In this document: positions 1 through 12,208 of the stretch, piece by piece
Numbering within the stretch: the stretch's first letter is position 1
How the letters are laid out: every line of letters starts with the position of its first letter
NCBI GenBank assembly: GCA_008632985.1
Contig: QPGO01000065.1
Coordinates: 186,001-250,000 of the forward strand
Direction: 5' to 3'
DNA length: 64,000 bases
From: Psammoneis japonica
Taxonomy: Eukaryota
Made by a program: the position numbers and the translations under genes
The notes under the pieces: model-generated
Told to the model about the DNA's origin: nothing
The model's input: only the letters and a program-made list of their open reading frames with translations
Databases searched by the model: none

Positions 1-44
1 ACTGCGAAGGTGATACGTACGATCTATCGCCACTCCCGCAAGCT

Positions 45-2112
45 ATGACCCCGAGCGCAGCACCGAGTCTGTCACCCACAACGACTGCGACCTGGACTCC
101 CGAAGAACTCAACCAAATTGAGGCCCTACAAGCCTTTTATAACTCGACCAACATGGGACATCACCAATCTAAGCGCTTTCATAACTGGTTCACGGTTGAC
201 AATTACTGTGATTTCACAGGTATCGTCTGTGATGCAAACGGTTTTGTCACCAGCATTGATCTTACGAACAAGAGGCTTTCAGGAATCCTTCCGACATCGT
301 CCTGGGAGCTTTTGAGCAAACTTCAAACTCTCAAGCTTGTTGGAAACCTGATTGAAGGCAGCATCCCTTCCCAGCTCGCACAGTTGAGCCATCTAACTCA
401 TTTGGAATTGGCAGTAAACAACTTCTCCGGCCCAATTCCCGAATCTCTCTCGTCCCTGAACCAGATTCGTCGCCTCATGCTGCAGTACAACAAACTTAAT
501 GGTACCATCCCAGAGTCTGTCTGTGATTTGACTAAGCTCCTTGCATTTGACATTTCGGGAAACAAAGCTATGCACGGCGAGATTCCTTCGTGCTTTGGTA
601 CACTTCCTTTGGAAGTTCTCCGAGTCGAGGACGTTGGTCTCGTGGGTGAAGTCCCACCGGCATTGTGTGCTGTACGCAACATCAATGGACTCGCACCGAA
701 TCGCTATGGGTGCGAGGGTATTGCTTGTCCTGCTGGATCATACGAACCTATTTTGGGGAGAAAAAGCAATGGCAATAGCCAGTGCCTCACATGTGTTTCA
801 CCCTCCAACGTAATTGGGTCGACGAAATGCGTGCTCTTGGAAGGCAACGATATCGTAACACAAGCTCCGTCGAGTAGCCCAGCACCAAGCGGTGTTCCAT
901 CGTTCAGTGCTTCTCCGACAATGAGCTTTTCACCAAGCGCTGTTCCATCTGCGAGTCCTATACCAACCGCCAGCATCATGCCTACTGTGGGCTCTTCGAA
1001 CGCGCCTTCTGGAGTGGAGACTGTTTCTTCAGCACCAAGCGCTAGTAAGGAAGGCTATTCGTCGAATCCATCTGCGGCTCCTAGCCTGCATCCGTCTTCA
1101 CCCCCCTCGTCAGTCCCCACAATAATTTCAACAGCCCCCTTGACACCCGCTCCATCCCAAGCAAACACACCAAGCCCGACCAAAGCCAATTCTACAAAAT
1201 TTCATGAGGTATCTGTCAACTTGATACTCCTCTTTGCGGATATTCCGACGAAGCTGACTGACTCAACCGACAAGGCAGCTTTTAACCATGCTACCAAGAC
1301 GTTCTTGAACCGGCAACTGCCGGTGCAGGTACACGTTGTTCACGACGTTCTTATTGTTTCGCAGTTTCTGCACGAGCCAGAAAGTGAAAGTGATGGCATT
1401 GTGCACTTGTCTTTCCGACACCTGTCTCAAGCGGCTCTACACGTCAAGATCCGAGTCCAGGGGGAAACGATCGATACTGACAAGGCGTTCAAGATGGCGA
1501 TTGAGCAGTCCCTGAAAGACCAGTATGGCTCATACATTTACGATCTTTCCAAAGATATTGATTCCTTTGCAACGCCAGTCGGTAGTAAAGGTGGCGGAAA
1601 GGACAACATGAATTGGGCATTGCTGGTTGTAGCTGTAGTCTTGTCTGTCGTGGCAGTTGCAACGTTGCTGGTGGTTCGCCAACTTCACCGCAGAGACCGC
1701 TTATCAGCATCAGACGGGCAAAACTCAGGAGCCCATTGGTCGAAAAAGGAAAAGGTATGTCTTGAATCACCACCATGAAGGCATGCAGTGGCCCTTGCCC
1801 CGCAGAAACATCCTCACACGCACTTTTCATTGAATCATTCTTTCCCAGAAGCGACGTTTCTTTAGTTTCGGGGGAAAGGGAAAAGCTCGTCCACCGGTTG
1901 AAGGCGGTTCCTTGTCTGACGAGAGTAGCGCGGGTTGGAGATCAGGCGAAGGATCAGAGGAAGGAGAATTTGTCAATCCGGTCCGTGACAACGAAAGCAT
2001 TGAGTCAGACCAAGAGTGGACGGTTGATCCGCTGGACCACATGACAGAGTACGACGGTGACAACATGTCAAGAACCCCAAGTACCACGGAACAATCCATT
2101 GCTGTTGTATGA
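45..2112 (+). CDS. LRR receptor-like membrane protein (LRRs, Cys-rich segment, Pro/Ser-rich PSxxPS stalk, single TM helix, acidic tail); exons 45-1754 and 1849-2112; may extend 5' beyond the window
   Basis: Plant-type LxxLxLxxNxLxGxIP repeats, TM segment NWALLVVAVVLSVVAVATLLVV. A GT..AG intron at 1755-1848 joins ORF 45..1778 in frame to ORF 1912..2112. Confidence 0.85.
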
Positions 2113-2656
2113 GCAAGCGGCGTCATGGTTTTCTTAATTCTTCTCGGTAATCAATTATTAACGAAGTAGACGTTGGTTCTCTTTTCTTCTCAAGAAATGA
2201 TATCGTTGCTCTCAGCGCTGTGTTGTCTCACGGTAGCGCGGTCGCACTTATTCACCCGGTACGGTACACCGGCAATGCTACCAATGATGCTACTCTTCCC
2301 AAAAGTGGGGACTCACGGTAACGCGGTCGCATTAATTACTGGTACCGGCAATGCTGCCAGTAATGCAACTCTTCCCAGCACAATAGAAATGGACAAAGAT
2401 TCGAAAGATTTGAGATCAGATGCAAAACTTTATCACTCGCGCAAAACAAAAAAGTGAGAAAATTGGTGAAGAGCGTGCGTGTGCGAACGACAACAGACGG
2501 TGTGCACCCCTGACGCGCACGCGCGCGGCGACGACCGAGGAAAGCAGATTTCAGAAGATGTGATGATGATCCGTCATCGGTGAGAAAAGAGATTGCAGAT
2601 TGCGTCGTTCTGGTGCTGCTTGCATGTGGATGTATGTCCATAACGATTAAACATAG

Positions 2657-3707
2657 ATGGCAATGGATGGCTTTACGTGGCGGCTAGTCATGCGCTGGCT
2701 TGATGCTCGGGATGTCGGAAATGCGTCTACAGTGTGTAAATCCTGGAACAAAAGGCTCTCCTCAGGTCAAGACTGCGGAGACTTACATATGGAAACAAAT
2801 CTGCGCAAACACTCATTCCGAGAGTACTGTCCAGAGCTGTCTCTCTGTAAAATCGAATTGGGATTTCCGTCGCTTAACTAAAGCGCTCTCAGCGGAAGTG
2901 CCTGTTGAGGAGCTACCAAGAATTCCACTCAGACACAACCTTCCCATAAGCTCCGTTTTTGCAGTTGTGGAACTCTACCGAATCAAGAGGTCCAATGATG
3001 TCAACCGTCGCCGACACATCATAGCTTCATGGACGCATGATCAGATTCACTACGGACCACCATGGTCGCTATATTCGCCTCAGATTCCATCACCAATGGT
3101 GCAAGCGCCTGACACTGGGGTGACACTTACGGTTGAAAATCCGTATGCATCATCAACAGCATCTAGTTGCAACGATTGGTACGATGATGATGGCGGCATG
3201 CTCGATGTCGATAGCATCTCAAAAGACATTGTAGGTGAAGCTCTGTGCACAGGTGAACCCTTTCTCCGAGTCACTCTCTTCAGGCGTGATAACATGAAAT
3301 CAGTATGCATTCTAGATGTCGAAAGGGATGTGTGTGCAACGTGCGAGAGTGCCCGCGAAGAATGCTATGGAATGCGTTTCTTTTGGTTCAATGACAACGT
3401 CAAGGCGGATTGCACTCAGGCTGGCAAAAGGGCTCTCATTGTGCAGAACGAGCATGATTGTAATGGCTTTCAATGCGACGCAGCGATCTCTGTGAGAATC
3501 CTAGAGGAGGAGGGAGCTTCAGAGATGAAAGGCTGCAACGGAGGGAAGCAGCTTCGCAACGTACTATCGAAAATTCCTGCTTTCAAGGTTCAGATTCGTG
3601 ACGTTGAAATTAGGAATTTGTTGTTGGAACGAGCATTCGGTTAAATACGTGCCTTTTCAGAGTGAGAATGACCTGGCTGTCGCATTGGAAGGCTTGCGTT
3701 GGCGATG
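2657..3707 (+). CDS. F-box-like domain protein, frameshifted (assembly error or pseudogene)
   Basis: N-terminal WRLVMRWLDARDVGNASTVCKSWNK resembles an F-box; it continues in another frame as YIWKQIC... (ORF 2700..3644) and probably ends ALEGLRWR* near 3707. Confidence 0.55.
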
Positions 3708-4008
3708 AACGAGGAAGTACGTGTCCAACCTCTCATTCAGAATGCTCTCGAAGCTTCAATCCTTGAAAAGATCGTCATCCCCATAACTCTACTGTATAGT
3801 GACAGACTGTGCTATTAGGTATGAGCTTAGTCATCGATGTGTGTCTTTTTATGTGCCGTCCCTTGTTTGCACCTACCAATGTTTGCGAACACATGTAGAT
3901 GGCGAGCAATCACATTATTAGTTTCGCACATGCACCTGACGAAACAACCAGCAGTGCAATCAACTTGGACGAGTGGCGCGAACAACATAACGCCATTGTA
4001 AACCGAGC

Positions 4009-4483
4009 TTTCCAAAAATATTGATTCCTTCGCAACGCCGGTCGGTAGTAAAAGGTGGTGGAAAGGACAACATGGTGATTCGCCAACTTCACCGCAGAGA
4101 CTACTTATCAGCAGACAGCAAAACTCAGGAGCCCATTGGTCGAAAAAGAAAAAGGTACGTCTTGAATCAAGGCATGCAATGCCCCTTATCCCGCAGAAAC
4201 ATCCTCACACGCACTTTTCATTGAACGGTTCCCTCACAGAAGCGACGGTTCTTTAAGTTTTGGTAGAAAAGGAAAAGCTCGTCCACCGGTTCAAGGCGGC
4301 TCCTTTTCTGACGAGAGTAACGCAGGTTGGAGATCAGGCGAAGGGTCAGGGGAAGGTGAATTTGTCAATCCGGTCCGTGAAAATGAAAGCATTGAGTCAG
4401 ACCAAGAGAGGACCATCGACCCGCTGGACCACATGACAGGAAACAACGGTGACAACATGTCAAGAACCCCAAGTACCACGGAA
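4009..4483 (+). pseudogene. Partial duplicate of the 3' end of the LRR receptor gene (intron retained, TM segment deleted)
   Basis: Aligns by eye with about 1546-2092; lacks 1611-1670 and has further small indels. Confidence 0.85.
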
Positions 4484-6886
4484 CGACTCCTACTTTAGGA
4501 GACGTAGTAGATACAATGACAAAAATTGCCGCTGCGATGTTTCTATAAGTGGGTGAGACTGCAAAAAGTCAGCAACGAGAATCGCATTACGAGTATCACG
4601 TAGGCAGCAACAGTTCCACGACGCACATATTCCCTTCAAATTGTGGTGGCTAGCAACAAGTTACAATAGAAGGCCGGTATGATATGTACACAAAAGAAAC
4701 TATTGATCTTTTATCTTCCAACTTGCTCAACGTGTTTCCACTTGTTGCGGGGTCTTCCATGAACGCACAACGTATGCGTCATTTTCCAAGTCAAGCTTTG
4801 CACAACAGCGTGAGACCGTGTTCTCGACACTAGGTGAAGCTTTCTCTCTGCACCGACTTTGGCATGAGTTTCAAAGGCAGAAGGTAGCATGGCGGGATTC
4901 ATCATAATCATTTAGGACAAGAATCGTGGAGCCGCCCAACTCCATAACGCGAGTTGTGTCAGCTTGTTGCGATCGGCCAGACCCCGCTTCAAAAAAAAAA
5001 AAGTATTCCTCGTACGTAGTACCGCTAAATTTGTGATACTGTGCCGCTTGAGCCGGGCGTTAATGTTGGCACGGAGCTGTACCTGATTTTTCCATTCCAA
5101 TAGAAGAGCCTGTTTGTATTGCTTTTGTTTTGCTCGGAGCGTATCGCCTTGTCCGTGATTGCTCCAATTGCGTACTTGAAGAAACTAACCGCAGCCACAA
5201 CTAGTGTAGGACCACTGTCAGCAATACCATATCTTATTTTTGAACAACCATCTCTCCGATTGCTGCCGGAGCTACTGCGGCTGCTGCAAATCCGGCAGTC
5301 GATGACGTTGGAAGGACCGTCTCCACTGATGCGTGCCTCGTGTTGCTGCCACGGTGAATCCGGATGATGATTTCATGACAACGCTGCGAGCAACAAACAC
5401 TTGCTGACACCAAACTAACCTAAGCCCTGCCAGAGCTCCTGGTTTCAGTGTGTCTTATGTCTCAAAAAGAGAGACTATAACTTCGCCATGGTTGTTGCAA
5501 TGCTACTAGTACACCTGTAGTGAAGCATAGCATTCACGTTGTTAGACAGTTCAAATTTGGCTAGCACTGTGGTCTACATATACCATTTGTGGTCCATTGG
5601 GCACCGTCGTGATAAATATAAACTCGCCCTCTTTGAAAACTAAAACGGTATACGATATGATCAATAAGGGAGTAAGATGAGACGGTTGCAATGACGTTTG
5701 CTCCTTCAAACAAGTCCTCACAATACTTCAGTCATTTACCTGCATGCAACAAGTTTTCAACTCAAGTCAGAGAAAATTGTTTCAGACGACTTGCAAGAGT
5801 GTTTTCAATGTCAAGCTGCTTGTCAACAGACCAATGAAGTTCAAGGTGATGGTACCGATATGTCGGTATGGAATCTAAGGTACTGCACCTGGAACAAGCG
5901 CGACATCGAGTTGCGAAAAAAGAAGTCGATATTGGGACAACCTGAGCAAAGCTCGACTTATCACTTACGATAGATCATTGACAGTGTTACTATTGGAAGC
6001 CGTCGCAACGCCAGCCAAGCATCTAATGCAAACAATCATGACCATCAAAATGAGGTTTACGGTCAAGCCAATGAGTTTGTCGAGGTTTGATAATTTTGAT
6101 AGCGTTTCAAAATACTTCCACACCAGCTCAGTATCCCTCCCCGGAAAGAACGCCAAACCAATACCCATTCAGTATTTCTCAGTATAGCTCCTCGCAACAA
6201 AACATTCTAAGCGTTGAGCGGAATTGAGAATGTCAACGCTTGGGCCCTCAGGACGGACGGGACGCAAAGTGATTTTATCGTTATCGGCGTTGACTGAGCG
6301 GGTCCGATGCCAACATAATGTTTGGGAACACCCTCGTCCTCTCGAGCAAGTTCGCGAGCAACGATGACGTTCAACCTTTCTTTTGTTCCTGTCGAAGGCG
6401 CGACCGAACTCATCGTGATCATTATGGATGATCTGGATGAAAGAAGGAGACGATGACGACATGGTAATTGTGGACGGTTGCAAAAATCAGAGAACCATAG
6501 AATACACCACTCGCACCGCACTGCATGCTGGAAAACACTGAACGGGTGTAAGCTACAGGGACGCCATGGCGGTGAATGAATGCATGCTTTCTTTTTGTGA
6601 TGACACAAATTCAAAATGTTTGGCAAAACGTCCCTGACGGCAGCAAGACGGGACGTCGGTTCGCAGAAGAAAATCGGTCCGTTACGTAGGATGCTGTAGG
6701 ATTTCTACGTGCGAGCATGCAGCAGATAGAGCTTCAAAGCAACGCTGGGGGACGTCTTCGGAAGTAAGTGAGACTGTCGAAGAAAGTTACGTAGATTTTG
6801 TACTAAAACAGTCTGTCAATCAGTGCGATTGGGTATTTGGGACCTCTGGACAGATCCTACGTGTTTTTTTTTCGTACAAAAAATAA

Positions 6887-9000
6887 TTGTACTGGGAAAA
6901 CCCCAAACGCACTGGCGATCAGACCGCCTTCGACGATCTCACTTCCAAAGACGCCCCCCAACGCGCTCGAGACACAACGACGATTGAAACAAAACTCGAA
7001 AACGACTCAAGGAACTCTATTATTCCGGACGTGGAAGCTCCCTCCTTGTCGGATCCAACTTCGTCATTTCCAATGTGGGGTATCGAGGAGTCTACTTCTC
7101 CTCTATCCAAGCCTGAATCTCTCGAAACATCACCAGTAGAAGTAGCGCTCGGGATTTCCAAGATTCTCGTCTCGATATTTATGTTCTTGACAGAACCGGA
7201 ATTGGTTCAATCAGCGTCAGCTGTTTCCACCGAGTGGGCTGACGCATCCACTAGTGCGTCTGCCTCTCTCATGCTCATTAGTGTGGGTTGCTCCGAGCTC
7301 TTTGATGAGGGTCGAAAAGAAGATGACAGTTACGCAGCTTCGTCTATTGTTCGGTCCATGGAGAGGCCTTGGGAATTCTTAACAAGCAAGTTTCCATGGG
7401 CGATGTTTTTGTCCGAGGGGGCTTTCAAAAGCGTTTACAAAGTTTTCAATACTTCCATTCAAGCATATGAGGCCGTATCTGTTATGTAAGTTTACAAGTG
7501 CAGCACTCGATTCGATCAACGTCTCTCTTTGGATCGTTCCTTACCTCCTCGTTTTTTCTGTTTGAAAAGGGATGTAAATGAAATTGACTCGTTAGGACAG
7601 AAGCAAGTGGTGGGAGCAGAGTTAGCGGTTTCAGTAATGTTATCTTCTTTGACGCGCCGTAACGTCTGTCCTAACTTTGTTATTACTCGAGGTGTCTTCA
7701 CGTGTCCGTTTGCTCCGCCGCCCAAGGTCTGGGGCTGTGAGAAGAAAAGGAATCCAATGGGGAAAACGTATGTGCCAGGCCGTGCTCTTCCAAAGGAACC
7801 GAAAAAACGTGGAAGGTGAGTAGAAGATGGATTCTGCACTGTGTCTTGGAATAGCGCATCCATCTCAACGTGCCGTCTTCTTTTACGTTCAGGTATCAAT
7901 ACATTCGAATGGAGTTATGTTGCAAGGGCGACGCAGAGAACTACATCAAGGAGCTACCTAATGAAAGAATGGACACATGGGAAGTGAAGTCAATTCTATT
8001 TCAGATAGCATTTGCACTGCACGCGGCAGGGGACTGGTACAGCATGAAGCACTATGACTTGAAGTTGTTAAACATTTTCTTGCAAGACGCAAATGCAGGG
8101 TGCGCTGACGATGCTGGTTCCCACACAGTGCTCCGATATGGACTAGGACGACACGTCTTTGCTATTCGTATGCCTTCTGAGAAGGCCGTCATCGCCAAGC
8201 TGGCAGATTATGGGACAGCCAACATACAAGCGGAGTCGGAAGGCCAACCTGTAAACATTTCTCAGATTACCACCCCTGAAAATACTCCACCTGACTTTAT
8301 GATTCTTGGGGATGCTGCGACACAAGGGTATGGTCATGACTGCTTCAACCTTGGCCTTTGTTTGCTTCATCTTTCAACTGGCCATAAACCGTATGAAGAG
8401 ATTCTTGAAGATGTGAAGTGTCCTCAAGGATTGCAGAAGAAGCTTGAACGAATCTGGGAGGATGAACAGTCTTCAGGCTACGAGGTGATTCGCAGTGTCA
8501 TTTTATCTGACGTCGATATCGATAAAGGCGGCGCCATGGAGGGAGAGCCCGATCAAGTGTTTTATCACACCTTGTACCGCTTTCTCGTGTTGTTTGGAAT
8601 CCCCGAAAAGAAATTCAAGATGAAGGAACACAGCAAAGTTTGGTGCGCAATATCGTCATGTTTAGATAGTAACAAGACGTCCGCGAGGCCTCGTCGGTGC
8701 CGCAAAAATGCCTCAAGGGGAGTTGACGCTGATCAGTTTGGACGTCACCGTGACGAGTATTCGTTGGAACGTGGAACAAATAAATACATTGCTCGGGCAC
8801 GAGAATTGCTTGAGGGCACTGACGGCGGAATGGAACTCCTCTTGTCTTTGGTGGACTTTGATCCCCAAAAGCGTGCGACGGCCCTAGATGTGTTAAATTC
8901 CAAGTTTATGCATGACTTGCTTGAGGAGGCTGGTACCAACACGGAGTATCCGGGGGACACGGTTTACTCATACATGGCATTCCACTCGGCTTTGAAATGA
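6887..9000 (+). CDS. Ser/Thr protein kinase; introns 7486-7569 and 7816-7892; 5' end uncertain
   Basis: LSEGAFKSVYKV (Gly-loop-like), HYDLKLLNIFL (catalytic loop), KLADYGT (DFG-like), DFDPQKRATA (subdomain XI). GT..AG introns join three ORFs in frame. Confidence 0.85.
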
Positions 9001-9562
9001 CGAAGCTGCACCGGGGTCGTTTCAAAATTAAATGCCATGGCTACTGCGACGTACGGTACTAAGATCTATAAGCACTATTCTCTCTACTAGTAGAGCATAC
9101 TGTTCGCGCCTTTTCTCGTTCGAGCATCGCCTTCTACTTTCGGACACGTGATAAAACTTGACAAGCAATTGATGTCACATTTCCAATGACGTGTATGCTG
9201 TATATATTTTTTTTGAAGAGTAAAAGGCTCGGAAACGGCATCCACCACGGCAGCCTAAGGAGCGAGTGAGTAGAAAGCATGCACAATTCACACATTTTAA
9301 GTGCAAGCCACTGTGAACAGAGAGGATCGAGTGAGGTGCAAGACCAAAATTGTCCATCAATCAAAATTCGCAAGCTCCATCAGGCTCCTTCCACAAGAGC
9401 AGCACAGCAACACCCAGGACATTCACCCAATTGACAATGATGCCACTGGAGCATGTCGGACGATGAAGTGTCACCCGAACTTGGTCAGGATGTTTTGGTG
9501 TTGCCCAGACTGGATGCAACTTTGGAGATGCACCTGGCCCTTGCAACTGGGATGGTGATTCA

Positions 9563-10148
9563 TTGCAAGCTTGCCAACAGATTGTGCAGCATGCTTTCCA
9601 CACCCCGAATGTTGTGGAAATCATGTGACCATTCCTGCCAATGCTCAATTTTCCTCCGGCTCCAGTGGCTTTGGTGGTTGCCTCATTTGGCCAAGCTCTC
9701 CCAGATTCTCTCAACCCGGGAGTGCTGCGAGATGGCCTGTGGATGTCCCCTGCATTCAAACTCCACATTGACGACAATGTGTGGGCCCACATTGCACGGT
9801 TCTTGGAGCACACTGTTTTTGCCAGTGCATTTGCCCTCTGCATTCTGCAAGGGTTTGCAAGCTTGCCAACAGATTGTGCAGCATGCTTTCTGCACCCCAA
9901 ACATTGTGGAAATCATGTGACCATTCCTGCCAAAGCTCAATTTTCCTCCGGCTCCAGTGGCTTTGGTGGTTGCCTCATTTGGCCAAGCTCTCCCAGATTC
10001 TCTCAACCCGGGAGTGCTGCAAGATGGCCTGTGGATGTCCCCTGCATTCAAACTCCACATTGACGACAATGTGTGGGCCCACATTGCACGGTTCTTGGAG
10101 CGCACTGTTTTTGCCAGTGCATTTGCCCTCTGCATTCTGCAAGGGTTT
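9563..10148 (+). repeat. Tandem duplication, 292-bp unit, 2 copies
   Basis: ttgcaagcttgccaacagattgtgcagcatgc starts at 9563 and 9855; the copies are near-identical. Confidence 0.9.
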
Positions 10149-10669
10149 CCACGTCCAGAGATTCCCAATGCCTTGAGCCTGGAAAAGCTCAATCTTCACA
10201 TTTCCTTTCTTTGGGAGCTGCTTGGATGCAAATGTGACACAAGAGCACCTGCTGTCAGTGCGGCAGCTCACAAGTTGCATGAGCTTTTGATCGTCCTTTG
10301 AGATTGGCTGGTGTGTCAGCATTGTCTCTTGGGTGACACAATGTCATCTCTGCTGGGCTTGTTGGAGTTCCATGTTTGGCATTGTCCCTGCACCGCTGTT
10401 GGCTCTTCTTGATTTGGGACAATTTTGGGCTGACTTGATTGCCCATCATCACATTGCACAGTGGATTCTTGAGCAGCAAGGCAGGAAGGAACAAATTTTG
10501 GACAACCTTCCTTGCAAGCTCCATCACCATGTTTCTTCTGTTCTCGAACGGGAAAAGGCCCAATTTGTCTGCCATGTGCACCTTGATGGCAAATGAATTG
10601 GCTCACACTCACCTTGCATCTGACAAAAACAAGGCTGCCAAAAGCAACCTTGCATGTGACAAACAAGGC

Positions 10670-11790
10670 TGCCAAAAGCAAGTGCATGTCGCAGGCAGCA
10701 AAGAACAATCAACCTTTCTGTCAATTCCATGTTGGAATCAACAGCGCACATGCAACATTGACCACGGGCAAAGTTTGTGATCAGCATCAACAAAACATGA
10801 CACAACAACTGGGATTCCCATGTTTTTGGCATCTTGGGTGGCATTCCTCCTCAACCTCTCCACAAAAATCAATCCAATCTGTGTTGCACCAAAAACCGAT
10901 TTGTCAATCTTGGGTCTCATTGGATTGCACCCCATCTGTCCAAGATCTTGATGTTTCTTTAAACATCCAAAAACATGATGCAATGCCTCCAAATGACATT
11001 CCCTGGATTCACTTACAATGAAACAAACATGAGACTTCACTGAAAATGTCAATCCTTCCAAGCTCAGTTGCCCGCCAACAAATTCCAGTCAACTGCAAAT
11101 GCCATGTCACTCCATCAGGTCCCAGCTCTGCCATTGCATCCAACTTGGGTTTGCAATCTGAGGCAAAGGGTTCTCAACATGGCTTTGAGTGCTTGGCCAA
11201 TTCCATCTTTGGCTGACAGCCTTCCAACAACTTTGATCACCTTCTTGACAAATGATTTTGAAGAACTTGCCCAAATTGTGCTGCCATCCTGCACCTGGAT
11301 CTTCTCAACGTCAGCACCCAGGCATTGTTCCAGCTCACTTCACTTCCTGGCTTGACCACACACCTCAAATTTGTTTGCTCAACAATCAATTTGCCTTGAT
11401 GAGAGACAATGAGAGTGATGTCATCCACATGGATCAATGACATCTCATGGCTCTCATGACCATCTTCACAAGTTGCCGCTTGGATCCAAACATCTGGGTC
11501 AGCCACAGTTGATTCAAATCCCATGTCACAAATGACAGATGCAAGATGCACGCTCCACAAATGTCCAGCACTCTTCAAAACACACAAAGCGCACACAACA
11601 ATGCAAACTTTGCCCCCAGCTTTGCCACACTCTTTGCCACCTTCAAACCATGTTTTCTCCCATGCACTTCACATTCAAGTGTGCATTCTGCAAATTGACA
11701 CCTGTGGCATCAATGCCGCCAGCAACAAACCAACTCAAGCACCACATCTTGCAACCACACTTGAATGTGCAATGCTGGTTGGTGCTTCTG
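10670..11790 (-). mobile_element. Degenerate Ty1/copia (CoDi-like) retrotransposon pol fragment: reverse transcriptase plus RNase H start
   Basis: ALCVLKSAG, DMGFESTVADPDVW, LIHVDDI (YVDD equivalent, 11420-11431), HLEALHHVFGCLKKH, SCFVDADH. No LTRs were recognised. Confidence 0.85.
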
Positions 11791-11814
11791 CAGCATGCTC
11801 GTCAGCGACAAACC

Positions 11815-12208
11815 TTGACAGATGCAACCATTCCAGCTTGAAGCAGCTCATTTTGTTGCATCAAACTCTTGACATGGCCCTTGTGTCATTTTCTCTCCCA
11901 ATGATCTCTGCGCTCTTCCACTTGTCCTGTGAGCACTCAAAATCATGGCAGGGTTTGCTGAGCTTGATGAAATGTTTTTCAATCCAGGATTTTGGAGTTG
12001 TTGGAACATCCACTTGCAGACTTTGCAAGTGACCCAAAAGCCCCAAAGCTGAGTGCATTTGGATGGTGTTGATTTGGATCACTCAAGCAAAGTTTCAAAA
12101 GTTTTGATTGGAGCTAAATCAAGCAGTGGAGGAGAAGTCGGATCAGCCAATGCACCTTGACAGCACCAATCACAGTCAGCATTGACTGCAATCAAACAAA
12201 CAAAAATG
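11815..12208. repeat. Mutated paralog of 22030-22438
   Basis: Colinear alignment, for example ttgacagatgcaaccattccagcttgaagcagctc versus ttgacagacgcgaccattccagcttgaagcagctc. Confidence 0.85.

Noticed and set aside
4500..6880. Possible upstream exons of the kinase or another decayed gene
   Set aside because: Only short protein-like fragments with stops; no recognisable family or consistent splice path.
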